Shown here one piece after another: positions 13,151 to 26,348 of a stretch of 64,000 bases of DNA (within the stretch, counting starts at the first letter, position 1; each line of letters starts with the position of its first letter). The DNA comes from Schizochytrium sp. TIO01 (Eukaryota; Protista; Bigyra: Labyrinthulomycetes): positions 5,435,594-5,499,593 of the forward strand of contig SMSO01000031.1 in the NCBI GenBank assembly GCA_004764695.1, given 5' to 3'. Position numbers and translations under genes: made by a program. Under the pieces are notes generated by a model. It was given only the letters and a program-made list of their open reading frames with translations, did no database searches and had not been told where the DNA came from.

Positions 13151-14296
13151 TTAAGCGAGCTCAACTTTTTCGTTCGAGTTAACTTCCTGGTGCTGTTGTA
13201 CAGAGTCCATCATGTCAACGTCGTCGTCATCATCATCGTCGTCATCATCATCATCATCATCGCCATCGTCGTCGTCATCGTCGTTGTCATCGTCTTCGTC
13301 GTCGTCGTCGCCCTCGCTGTGAGCGAGAACAAAGTCCTCATCGTCCTCTTCGTCGCTCTCTTCGTCGCTTTCGTCATCCTCTCCGCTACTAATGATAATT
13401 TCATCATCAGAGTCGTCACTCGTATCTCCGCGATTATTGAACCTTTGAATTTGGGCTTGTACTTTGCGGGAAGACAGCATATGACGTTCAATGCGAGCCC
13501 GGTAACCGGAGTGCCACCCGTGATTGTCTTGGTCAAAGACAGCTTCTGCAGCTTTAGGACGCTCTGATTCGTCAAGATCACCAAACCAATTCCACGGGCA
13601 CATGTTCAAAATGTAGAATGTAATTTCTAAAGGCACCCAATGGAGAACACAACCTTTGCGCATCGCACAAAGTGTCAGCTCTTTGGCCGCTCTTTGATAT
13701 TTACGAGGAAACTTGCTGTGTATTTCATTATCAGGCCTCCACATGAGATAGCGAACACCATGCGAGAGGCGGCCAACAAATTCTCGGTCGGGACGCCATC
13801 CATAGCCCCACATACCCCGATTACTGAAAGGACGACAGCTGATATGTGCAGCACCAGGAAACACCTGGATTAGGTCGTCCTCGTGAGAGGTCTCATTTCT
13901 TTTATTATCATACACAATACCTGCGTCGCCCTGCATTGCTGAGTGAACGTAAATACCGAAGCGCGATCCTGCGGGCACCCGAGGTGCAGGATCTAGGTCG
14001 AGCGGTACCAAAGTATGCTCACTGGGGCGCTTTGTGCCACTGAAAACCCGTGTCCAGTGCGAGCGGTCGTCATGATAGCCCTCGTGAGGGCCCTCGCAAA
14101 CATATACGGAAAGTTTGCCGAGCATGCCTCGAACCCATATGCGATGGATTTCCACATACTCCACTGGAAGCACTGTGCGTATGCCAACATCAAACATAAT
14201 CCCATTAAACGTGTGGTCTTCGTAATCAGACATGTCGACCTGGAAGTTCTCATGAACATTGTAGTCCGCAGTGCTCTGGAGCTGAAGGTACGCCAT
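13151..14296 (-). CDS. Hypothetical protein, 381 aa, globular beta-rich N-terminal part and Asp/Glu-rich tail
   Basis: Long GC-rich ORF with ATG start and natural composition. No family recognised. Confidence 0.8.
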   Translation of the reverse strand: MAYLQLQSTADYNVHENFQVDMSDYEDHTFNGIMFDVGIRTVLPVEYVEIHRIWVRGMLGKLSVYVCEGPHEGYHDDRSHWTRVFSGTKRPSEHTLVPLDLDPAPRVPAGSRFGIYVHSAMQGDAGIVYDNKRNETSHEDDLIQVFPGAAHISCRPFSNRGMWGYGWRPDREFVGRLSHGVRYLMWRPDNEIHSKFPRKYQRAAKELTLCAMRKGCVLHWVPLEITFYILNMCPWNWFGDLDESERPKAAEAVFDQDNHGWHSGYRARIERHMLSSRKVQAQIQRFNNRGDTSDDSDDEIIISSGEDDESDEESDEEDDEDFVLAHSEGDDDDEDDDNDDDDDDGDDDDDDDDDDDDDDVDMMDSVQQHQEVNSNEKVELA

Positions 14297-15601
14297 CTTA
14301 CCTTATTTTGCTGGTAGGTATAGTTTCCGAAGCTCTAAAATAATATGAAATATAAGATAGAGAAGAGCAAAGATTCTGCTTCCGAGGCAAAGAAGCCCTG
14401 TTCTTTTGAGAAATCACGTGTTGCTGTTGTATCCCGTGCAGCACTCGTTGTTTCTACCACCACGCTCTTCCTCGTCCAACCACGTTGGCTTGAATTTGAG
14501 TGCCGTGTTGTCTACCGGAGCTAGACCCCGAGCTCCGATTCCCAGTCGAATTGTAGAAACCCAGAACCTCTCCACGTGAACCCGTGCCAAGCCTTGTGAC
14601 TTTAAGCTCGAGAGCTCCAACGCGGGCCTTTCTATGGTTGAATTGATGGACCCCAAACCTCGGGAGAGAACCCTAGAGCCCAAGCCCTGCTCGATGATCC
14701 ATCAATGTGCGAATCAAGTCGTTCGTTCGTTCGTTCGTTCGTTCAAACATTTATTTATTCATTCATCGCAATAAATGTCATCAATTCTTTTCTTCGGGAT
14801 CCTAGGTACCCTACCTACATACGTAGTAGTAATCCTGTTCTATCCATAGTATTAGGCTCGAATACTAATCAGGAATGGGAAGGACTGGGAGTGCGTATAG
14901 TTTCTGCTAGATAACATCCTACCCGGATAGATACTTTGGATACATGAAACCACTACTAGGGACCCTCTTAAGAGTGAGAGTAGGCGTGGTTCTTTCTTTC
15001 TTTCATTCCATTCATTTTGAACGACAGAAAAATCTTCATAAACCTTCCTCATCGACGACAATAGGCCTAGCTAACGAGGTACTCTACTCTCGCCTACTCG
15101 CAAGGAGTTTTTCCTTTATAAATGCAAATGAATAAGCGTAAGCAATGACTACGTACTACAACAAAGTAGTGAAGGAAGCCAGGAGCAGTGCAAGCTCAAA
15201 CAAATAGCAGCTGCCAGAGGGCATCGTACCAGACATTGCCAGGCTTGGAAGGTCTCGAGCATGTTCCTTGATGATGAGTAGGCCGCTGATTCTGAATAGA
15301 ATTCACGCAGTCCCCTCCGTTCACAGAAATGTCTCCAGGTGAGTGCCATTAGGCTAGTTAGACTACTACTTATCTAGTATTGCAGCTTGAGAGGAGCATC
15401 GCGTGGGTTGGATGTGGAAGAGAGCAAGGAGGTCTACACAGGCAGAGTTAATTGTTTTCAATTTTTTAAAGGCGAACTGATGAAATGGTATATATGGAAA
15501 AACAAGGATTATACTTGAAGTTCCAGGTAAAGTAAGAAGAGTGGTGTTTGAGGTTATCGTGTGGAAAGCACCGGTGCTACAAGAAGCACGATACAGCGTG
15601 T

Positions 15602-17053
<1,452 letters not shown>

Positions 17054-17983
17054 TTAGTGCACAACCCATTTCAATGTTAACATTGATGTTTACAATGGGG
17101 TTCTACATACTCTACACAACCTTTTTGATAAAAGTCTTGTCTTTGCAAGAATGCGCAAGCAAAGACACTTCTTGACCTCTTTATTTGCCCCTATTTATAA
17201 AGCCTGTAGGAAGGGCAAGGATGCCAGTGGAATATGAAAGAGTCTTGGGAAACAAGAATCCCAATCTTAAGTTACAAAGCCAACACTGCTGACTCTTAAA
17301 TGGTCACAGCAAGAGAATAATGTTGAACCAAGTAGTTTATTGTGATAGATCTACTCACAAAAGATCAAGGTCTTGGAATCTGCTCTCATTCTACAAATAT
17401 TGCTATATATGTGAACATGAGGAAACCACCCTCAAGAACTTAGTTGTCATGGGAAAAGCCTCAGAAACGCAACAGAAAAAAAAATGAGCTGAACGAACTA
17501 GATTGCTCCTTTTCGGAGCAACCGTCCATCAATAGTTCTAAAGAAAAAGGAGACAGAAACAACATCCGTCATATACATTTCTGCAGACAGCATTGATAGT
17601 ACTTCGTTTTTACTCAAGTGAAAGAATTGCTCGTATTAGCTTTTAGCTAGAGCAAGTGGTAAAGAAGGGGGAACTTTGCGAAGGTCCCTACACAGAATTG
17701 AAAATAGTATCATTGATGTTTTACATAAGCGAACATAACAAATATTAGGACAGTAAGGAAGCATACCCGCAAATACTTCACAATTACTTACTTCATCCTG
17801 CTTGCCCCCTTACTTTCAGATATCTTTTTGAGCGCTGAATAAAAAGACCAAATCCCTATCTTCCACAATAACAGTTCTATTCCTGTCAGCTTTTGCGTGA
17901 AGTAATCGAAAAGATCACATCTGGCACTACAGATGTTTCTCTCTTGTCAATCGTCTTGTCTGATCTGGACTTGGATACTGAAG

Positions 17984-20005
17984 TTAGGACGCTCGAAAAC
18001 GAACCGCGAGCATCACCCAAACAGCGACTATATTTTCAGGGAAGGGAAGAACTAATACTCGAACAGCAAAATGCGTATGATCTGCTCGAGTATAGAGAAT
18101 GTCACTGGCAACAGAACTCTTGCGAAGGGCGTGTAAAATTTTGTGCGGATCCAGGGTCTTCATAAGGGTGGGGAAACCTTTAAAGGAATGGCCGGGAGGG
18201 ACATGTTGACGGATTGCAGCTTGAAAGTCCTCATTTCCAGACAAAATTCCAGTGGCTCTCTCCATCTCGTAAGCGTGAAGCGCTGGTGTGAGGAAGAAGG
18301 AAAGATCATCATCCCAGCGTGTGTCGAGCTCTAGTTGCTGAGATCGCTCATTGGCAATGAGTCCTTGTAGAGCAGCTTCAATTGCATCAGCTTTTTCATG
18401 GGGCTTAATCGACGAAGCTTTCAAGGGAGGGGAGGTGCGCTTCTGAAGAGCGCTAATAAGGCGTTCATCCATGGCTTTCCAGCGCATGTCATCTAAGACA
18501 TTAAAACTGCAGCGATCGACACGGTCGTCTCGTTGTTTATTTGCATAAAAGGTTTGGTGGTTAAATACACAGGCTAGACGCCGGTACGACTTGCGAAGAG
18601 CAGCCTGAGCAGCAGAATCACTTTCCTTGCGAGGTGCCATGGTCACACGATGGCCTGTGAGAGACTCCCAAAAAATACATGTCCGATTATCCTTGCCAGA
18701 CAGAGTCATACACCATACATGGTCCCGTTCGGGCTCACCAGGAGAATCCTGCACAGTACCAAGGCAAACAAAAGCGTGGAGGCCAAATCCAAGTAAAAGG
18801 TTACAAAGAAGCAAAGCATGGTCTTCGCAATCGCCACAGCCTTTGCTTATAAACGTATGAGGAGTATGCCAAACCTCAAGACGGCCGCCTCCAATCATTT
18901 CCTCGCGTGTATAGGGAATGAGACTTACAAATCGTGCGGCCTCCCGAGCAGTCTGCAATAACCTTCCGGCACGAAGTGGTCTCACGAACGAGCAGACAGG
19001 TTCATGGTCGCCCCATTCGTTCTCCGCAAAGATTTTTACCAAACGATTGCGAAAGCTCTCATCAAGCTCTAAAAATTCATTCCACCATGCACGAGCATAC
19101 TCGCAAAAGTGGCGATGGGCCTGAGCAGCGCGCTTGCTGCTGCTGCGTAGTTCTGCAGTGATCTCTGATTCGGGTATAGCACTTGGTGACGTACGCGCTG
19201 GAACGAGCTCGAGACGCAAGTCGAGCACCCCTACAGGTACACGAACTTTTGCGGCTTCGCCAGTGCCAAGAAGTTCTACTGCAACAGTAGCTCCGCCTGT
19301 TGTACTGGCGAAAAGTCTACGCCACTCTAGTATGTGAGAAGCTACCAACTCCATTTGGGAATCAATAGCACCCTTTTGGGTTCTCAACAGAACAAAATGC
19401 AGGCCTTGTTGGGAACTATCTGCTCGTAAGAGCTCGCGCAATATTTGGGTCTGATACTCTGGTGAACTTGTAGAAAATGACATATTCTCAGAAATTTGCA
19501 CTAGAAATGAGGCATCAAGGGCTGGCTCGCTAGCACAAGAAACAGGGCCTGAAGAAAATCGTTGATCCGCGTAATGCATGCGCAGAACAAACATGTCCTT
19601 TTCGTCGCGACGAGGTGCAAAAGCGCGACCGCCCACAACTTTCACAAGAAGATGTTGTGCGCCAGGTTTTACTGCCAGGTGTAGACTCGGAGACCGTTTT
19701 GCAAGATCTCCGGGCAGTTGTGTCTCCAAAGATTGAATAACACGTTCTATGACTTGGCGCTCACGCAGTGCATCGAATGAATCTCCACTCGTCTTGTGGT
19801 TATTGTTTGCAAGGTTTTCGTCGCTTAGATTATTAAGATCCTCATCTTCGCTTGTCTTTTCAACAGGACCAAAGTCTGCAACAAATCTACGAATGTCATC
19901 ATAAACATTGTTCTTGCGCAGGTGAGCATCGATGAGCTGCCTTAATGCAGTGACTTTGTTGGCGTTAAAACCCTCAATATCTGCTTGGGTTGATTCTTGG
20001 CTCAT
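17984..20005 (-). CDS. CEP76: Centrosomal protein CEP76 homolog (C2 domain + transglutaminase-like domain)
   Basis: YARAWWNEF, RLVKIFAENE, PVCSFVRPLRAGRLL, AARFVSLIPY, GDCEDHALLLCNLLLGFG, HVWCMT, FWESLTG and C-terminal AVWVMLA match CEP76. Confidence 0.9.
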   Translation of the reverse strand: MSQESTQADIEGFNANKVTALRQLIDAHLRKNNVYDDIRRFVADFGPVEKTSEDEDLNNLSDENLANNNHKTSGDSFDALRERQVIERVIQSLETQLPGDLAKRSPSLHLAVKPGAQHLLVKVVGGRAFAPRRDEKDMFVLRMHYADQRFSSGPVSCASEPALDASFLVQISENMSFSTSSPEYQTQILRELLRADSSQQGLHFVLLRTQKGAIDSQMELVASHILEWRRLFASTTGGATVAVELLGTGEAAKVRVPVGVLDLRLELVPARTSPSAIPESEITAELRSSSKRAAQAHRHFCEYARAWWNEFLELDESFRNRLVKIFAENEWGDHEPVCSFVRPLRAGRLLQTAREAARFVSLIPYTREEMIGGGRLEVWHTPHTFISKGCGDCEDHALLLCNLLLGFGLHAFVCLGTVQDSPGEPERDHVWCMTLSGKDNRTCIFWESLTGHRVTMAPRKESDSAAQAALRKSYRRLACVFNHQTFYANKQRDDRVDRCSFNVLDDMRWKAMDERLISALQKRTSPPLKASSIKPHEKADAIEAALQGLIANERSQQLELDTRWDDDLSFFLTPALHAYEMERATGILSGNEDFQAAIRQHVPPGHSFKGFPTLMKTLDPHKILHALRKSSVASDILYTRADHTHFAVRVLVLPFPENIVAVWVMLAVRFRAS

Positions 20006-20897
20006 CCTGGTGCTTCAAACGGTTGTTTGTTTACGTTCTCGATGATACTATGGAAGTGGCAAAGGCTTTACCAAGGGCCAAGAGGCCGCTGCAGACCGGG
20101 AGCTTTCAATATGGACACAAAACGAAACGCCAACAGGCCCAAAGTGTCTCCACGACTGGAACGGACGCGGGTAATCCACGCTCCAAGGGAGGAGAGAAAG
20201 CAAAAACGTATATCATAAGATATGTTAACACATACTAGACACTACCTAGGTCCTAGGTATATAGTAATATAGTTGGAGCATGATTTTAGTTTGACTTTGT
20301 AGGGTCCGACTGGTGTGTCCGCTAATGCTGATGCTATGGCAATTTGAAAAAACGCACGTGGCTATTTTATTTTTAGACTGCAAAGTCTCATCGATTACAC
20401 TGTATAGAAATGAGTCGGAATATGAACATTAATTCGAATTTTGCTTTCATATGCTCATAATTATGAAAATAATACTACGAATAATTTTCATGTTTGCTTT
20501 CTATCTCTCATTCTATTCTTCATTGAGCGAAATATCTGCATGCCCTCTCTTCCCCAACAAGACAGGCCAAACTGGGTTTTGCAGACGTTTTGTACGAAGG
20601 AGGGCTCTCTAAATCTTATCACCACTCAGAAAAAATATGTAACTGAAAATATATTACGTTGCTTGCTATTTCAATTTTAAAAAGGCAGTTCTTCTCTCTT
20701 ACAGAAGAACACATTGGCAAGCTCAATCAAAATGTAACGTAGGCAAAATTTCATGTTTTGGGGAAAATGTTCGTTGTACGAATGATATCCTTGTTGAAAG
20801 ATTACTCCACCAAGAATGTTTCAAGTTTACTTAGTTCAAGCTACCATGTAGAATTGTTCTTTACTTTTTTAGATTGAAGAAGACGAAGACCACTTTC

Positions 20898-21107
20898 TTA
20901 ATGCCCTCCGGCATTCCAAATCTGAGGTTGTCCATTTTTAGAGCGTTCTTCAAGACAGCTACATAGGTTTTTATACCTTTCGGGGTAAAATTGCTTCAAG
21001 ACACACAAGTAAATAAATGCGATCAAAAAAATAACACCAGCTGCACAGCCTGCTACAATAAAGGTATAATCCCCCAGAGTGTCATCATTATTGCTTTCAC
21101 CTGCCAT
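20898..21107 (-). CDS. Small single-pass membrane protein (~69 aa)
   Basis: MAGESNNDD... followed by one clean hydrophobic helix (FIVAGCAAGVIFLIAFIYLCVL) and a basic/Cys-containing tail. Short, with no homology recognised. Confidence 0.5.
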   Translation of the reverse strand: MAGESNNDDTLGDYTFIVAGCAAGVIFLIAFIYLCVLKQFYPERYKNLCSCLEERSKNGQPQIWNAGGH

Positions 21108-23469
21108 TACTACAAAGTCAAACACCAATTTCCAAGGTTCTGCTCCTGCACCTCGAATATGGGCGGTGATGTGCCTTTATCCTGGCACGAGAGTTTCGGA
21201 TCTGCTGTTTCAATCTGTCTTTTCCTATCTCACTGGGTGCAATCGGTCCTCGCATTGTACCTATAACCTGTAAAGCAGCCCCTCTAACGAGGTAGGTAGG
21301 TACAAACTCGTGCCAGATTAAGTAGAGTATTAGGTTAAACGGTAGAATCAATAGACTTCTCCCCCCTTTTAGCCCATATAAAATACACTTTCAATTTAGC
21401 CCTCCCCCCCTTTGTCCCTAAAACAGTCCATGTTACACCAGCTCGTGCAAGTGCGAGCTAGGTACATGTGTATTCTCATGATTGTCTTTGAAGAGGGAAT
21501 GAACAGCTTCGTTACACAACACATCAGCACATTATAGTTACTATAGAGAAACCAACTCTCTGCCTACCTCAATTTCTACGCTGCAGTTCTCTAGAGAGTT
21601 CAATTATAGACAATTTACAACCTCAGTCCTAGTACTGTGGTGATGCGCCATGGTAATACCCAACGCTGCAAACAACTCCATGTCAGTAGGCGAATCTAGT
21701 ACCTTCTACCTAGGTACTTACTACCTCCACACCTGGGTACACACCGGACAATGGTCGTGACCAGTCCCCGTCCGCAGATTGTCTACTATTTGCTTTCTGG
21801 TTCCGTGCTATTAATAAATAAATAGTCTTATTTAATTTATCCCCCCCCCCTGATTACCATACCAGTGATGGCATGACGCACGTGCAGTTTGATCTACCTT
21901 AGCGCGTTGAGTAGCAAATATTGCACTCTCGTATATCTTCCCTTTTCGCTAATATCTATTTAAAAAACTGATATCGTAGACGTAATTTCATATATATATA
22001 TTACATGTACACTAGTACTGCCAAACTGTTGGAGGCAGATCGGTCGAAGTTAAAAAGCTGATTTTAACTGATAATATATTTTGAATGGACCATCTTTCAT
22101 TATTTTATAGGTGTGGTATTTTCCAATAAGCCGCTTTGTGAAAGTGTGCAAGATCGTGAACTCAAATCATCCTTGAATTTAAGAGTTGCTATTAACAACA
22201 CCTATGCTGCTTCGACGAATACTCTTGCTCTAAAATGTCTAAAGAAACACGACAGCTATCTCAGTGAAGGTCACTGGAGCACAGTCAACAGGAAATGTGA
22301 ACAAAATCAATCAACCGCGCTCTTGACACCATGAAAGTGAGTTTGTTAAGCTAAAACATTACATCCTCCCAGAACATTGATCATTTAGAGTATACATCAC
22401 TGGCATTGATTCTCAGTGCTTATTGATGCTGAAATGCACCTATTACATTTCACGTGTTAGAAGCCCTTGCTTTTCATCTTATTTAAGTAATATACAGCTA
22501 CTGCCTAACCTCACTTAACATAACCTAATCTAACCAAGCTCCCATGTCCAACACATCCTGTGTATTGGACTCACATCATACAATCATCGCTGCCTGTATC
22601 CAGACCCGAAACCCTTATAACTCATATATCATCCTCTTTCTCTTTCTCCTGAGTTCGCCATCCTTGTCAGACTACCTCTGCACGCTTCACAGCACAAGCT
22701 ACTCTGCAATACATCTTGAGGATATTTAATAGAAATTTTTAATTGGAACGCTTATATAAATTAAACGTGGCTGGAGCTCTCGGCAATCCTTCTTCAACCT
22801 ATGAGCGCTAAGATGTATTCAATGCCCACCACTAAAATTAGGTGGTCAAAATAAAACATTTCCCCATTCTATGAGTTAATGAAATTTATAGAAGGAGTAA
22901 TCCAGAAGTATACAGAGGGATGGATATCAAGCAGATAAAGAACTCTACTACCGTCCTAGTATCATAGAAAAAAGAGGTGTGCTCTACTCTATTCAGTAAC
23001 TTTATTTCTCCCATGATCAAGGTTTCCAATCAGACTTTGCATACCAAAAATCACCAACACGCACCTATTGCATTTACCAGCAAAATTATTGCAACTACAA
23101 CCATCGTGTAATAAGTTTAACTTCGACAAATTTACTATTAAAAGAGTACATATCAACTTTACTACGTACATACTAAATTTCTTATTTTAATTTAGAAATT
23201 TGTAGATAGTAAAGACATGAAGCAAGATGTTTTCCGTTTTCTTTTTTGTTCCATATTTTAGCGTATCTTGGAACTAAATACTCATAAATAAGGGCCTGCC
23301 TGCTAGTTCTTCGCAGTGACATTGCAGAATAATGGAGTCTCCACTCACTCGTCTAATTACGAAAGATACAGTAAGGTTACTGTTTACATAATCACAGTCC
23401 GGCAAATAAATCGGACTTGAACAACACCAAGATAAACCTCATAATAGAAGTGACCTATTAATTATGAAC

Positions 23470-23885
23470 TCCATGCTGAGATCTCCAATCGAAGCAACTA
23501 GTGGACAAGACATTGCTAGAGTTCTTGGTGTCCCTTTGTAAAATCTCATTAGACATAAGGTTTACAATAGAGCAAGAATAGGCAGCCAGACTCACGTGAC
23601 TGCTGCAGCCAAGAACTAGAAGTGTGAATACACGTTAACTACACCCAAGCTTGGTATATCTTGACTCGGTGGTTAGAGAAGTTGGATTAACCTAACCCCA
23701 TCGACTCTCTCTAACCACATTCAAGAATGTCTTAATCTCCCTAACCACTACATGAATCCATCTGTCTTGGAATTCATTCCCCAGGACAGCAGTTCGCTAA
23801 CTCGTAAATCAATCTTCTTAAAGCTTTCATCAAGCCTCTTGCCTTCATCTTCACAGTCAACCTGAAGCTAATCAGAATTACCTTT
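23470..23885 (+). repeat. Degenerate dispersed repeat family A, copy 1
   Basis: Shares blocks (gacaagacattg.tagagttct, tttacaataga, ttaacctaacc, ttcaag.atgtctta.tctcc) with 24345-24705 and with the reverse complement of 25820-26222. Confidence 0.8.
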
Positions 23886-24344
23886 CAGCACTCCACTTTG
23901 TGTCACTTTCTCTGCATCTGCAGATTTACATGGCCGCACGGTTCATCTTTGGGTGGAGAATATATCATCGAATTGCCGCTCTTCTCCTACAAATCCACAC
24001 TAGATAAAATGGCCGTTTATCGCCACGGCTAGCTATTGTTTTTAACTGCACACAGAATGATTATAGAGTCCAGTACATACCATGAAAGAATATTTGCTTG
24101 TCACCACCTTGCTGACAGGGAATGGGTTATTCTTCTCGATCTCCAGCACTCGTCAAATCAATTCTTTCCAAGTTCGTTCCTAGGCCTCATGGTGACAAAA
24201 TTGCCGATCTCATAGAAACTGGTGCTAGACATCCTGTTGGAGCGAACATCAGAAAAATAGAATTAGATGATGCGATACTTCAATACAACCCCCCCCCCCA
24301 GAAAATGCTTCACCAACTGTCCAACATTGAGTTTGCTTATATAT

Positions 24345-24705
24345 ACAATTGAAGGAACTTGCTGACAAGACATTGTTAGAGTTCTACGCATCAATTTGTA
24401 AGATAGTGTTTACAATAGAATAAAACAAGACAACCAGACTTGTGCGGTTGAGAAATCAAGAATCAAAATGTATAGCACACTCGCAAGAATGAATTTAGAG
24501 TCTGGATTAATGGATAAAGAGACGGGTTAACCTAACCTTGTCGATTGAGTCTGACACAGTTCAAGTATGTCTTAGTCTCCTGACTACAGCATTAGGAAGA
24601 CTGCCTTGGACTTGGATTCCAAGGATAGCAGATCTCCAAACCTTTAAACTATAGATTATCATGCGCTAATCTTCATAGTCAACCTCTAGTTGGCCTGATT
24701 TATTC
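24345..24705 (+). repeat. Degenerate dispersed repeat family A, copy 2
   Basis: Colinear similarity to 23470-23885. Confidence 0.75.
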
Positions 24706-25819
24706 CTCAGCAATATTGTCAAGTTTCCTTTTAATTAAGTTAGATGATAAATTCTGACTAACTTGAGCGGTAGCAATATAAATGAACCTACCATTTTATA
24801 TAATGACTGGATTCTTCAGAAACTTGTTTCTGTATACGGCTACATTAATGAAACTGTTCATATAATATCCTACACAAACGCTAATCAGGAATTGAGACAA
24901 GAATACCATGGGGTTCTAGTAGGCCTTTAAGATATCACACCTTGGAGAGCACCCCCCGCTATTATTTGTAAGATAAATTATGTTTACTGCTGTTCATCCA
25001 ATTCAGTATAATGAGCCAATTTTGGTATTACAGTTGGATCAGTAGGTTGTTAACCATACCCTTACAAGATATTTTATAAAGCACAAGTGTTTACCGTGCA
25101 ACCAAACGTCTAGCCTCGATCATTTAGTTTGACGTCATTTCTAAGAGTCTACTGCAGGGAAATATTGAAGGGTGACGTTTTTTTTTTCGTAATGCAGCAG
25201 TAGATGAAATTGCCAGGATATTTATACTCGAATCAACCTAAACATTTGTCTATATAAGCATAATGAGAACAGGGTGAAAACTCAAAGTGTAGCTTTTCTG
25301 GTTGACCTTTAGATTTTACACTAAACCAAAGGCACTTCGAACACATCATTTGTGTGTTACTCACCTATCTGTATATGCATTTGATATGAAATTTAAGGAT
25401 TACGTGCAAGCAGTTTTCAGTCGAAGTGTAAGAAACTCTTTAACATTTGGCGTTTAAAACTATGGTAAAAATTTCAAACGCTTCAAGAGTTGCTCCATGT
25501 TAATAAACTAGTTCTATGCTCCGAGTGATGCTTGGAACGATGTTGGTCGAATTGACCGATTGTGCTAAATCTATGTGGTCTGAAATATCATACGATGGTC
25601 TATACATGCCATGGTTGTGAAGGGGGTGCAAGAGCAAGGTCTGCGTAGCATCTATAAACTATAAACATGAAAGCGGCTAGTTTGAGTTGTCAATAATGAC
25701 AAGAGTAAAAGAGCTTACCACGAGACATACACCAATTCTAATTTCTTAAATTTTCTGTTTGTTGATGAAAAGGTGGGCCAGATTAGAATAAACTAATATC
25801 CTTTCCTGTGCCGAAATAT

Positions 25820-26222
25820 AAATCTGGTCAGCTGGAAATTGACAACGACGATGGAGGCAAGAGTCTTGACGAAGGCTTTAAGAACGTTGATTTTAAGAGT
25901 TAGTGAACTGCTTTACCTAAAAATGAATTCCAAGGAAAGCTGATTCCTGTAATATTTAGGAGGTTAAGACATTCCTGAACTGTGTTAGATAGACTTGACG
26001 GGGCTAGGTTAATTCATCCCCTTCAACCACCAATTCAAGTTGCACCATACTTTATTCTATGAAATGTATAGACACGCTTATGGTTGTTGGCTTCTCACCC
26101 ACGTAAGTCTGGATGTCTAGTTCTGCGCTATTGCAAGCCCTATGTTCATGAAGTCCTTACATACGGATGCATGAGCTCTATCAACGTCTTGTCTACCAGT
26201 TTTTTCGATTGAAGATCTCAAC
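25820..26222 (-). repeat. Degenerate dispersed repeat family A, inverted copy 3
   Basis: Reverse complement reads tgagatcttcaatcgaa...gacaagacgttgatagag...cttggaattcatt...ttcttaaagccttcgtcaagactcttgcctccatc, colinear with copy 1. Confidence 0.8.
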
Positions 26223-26348
26223 ACCTACTTATTCTAATGCCCCTATATGTATTTGCGAATTAGGTTTTTAATCACAAATCAATTTTCAAAACGAAGAAAA
26301 TCGGATTACTAATTTTGAAGTGAATAGTTCATTGCCACTGTTTACGTA

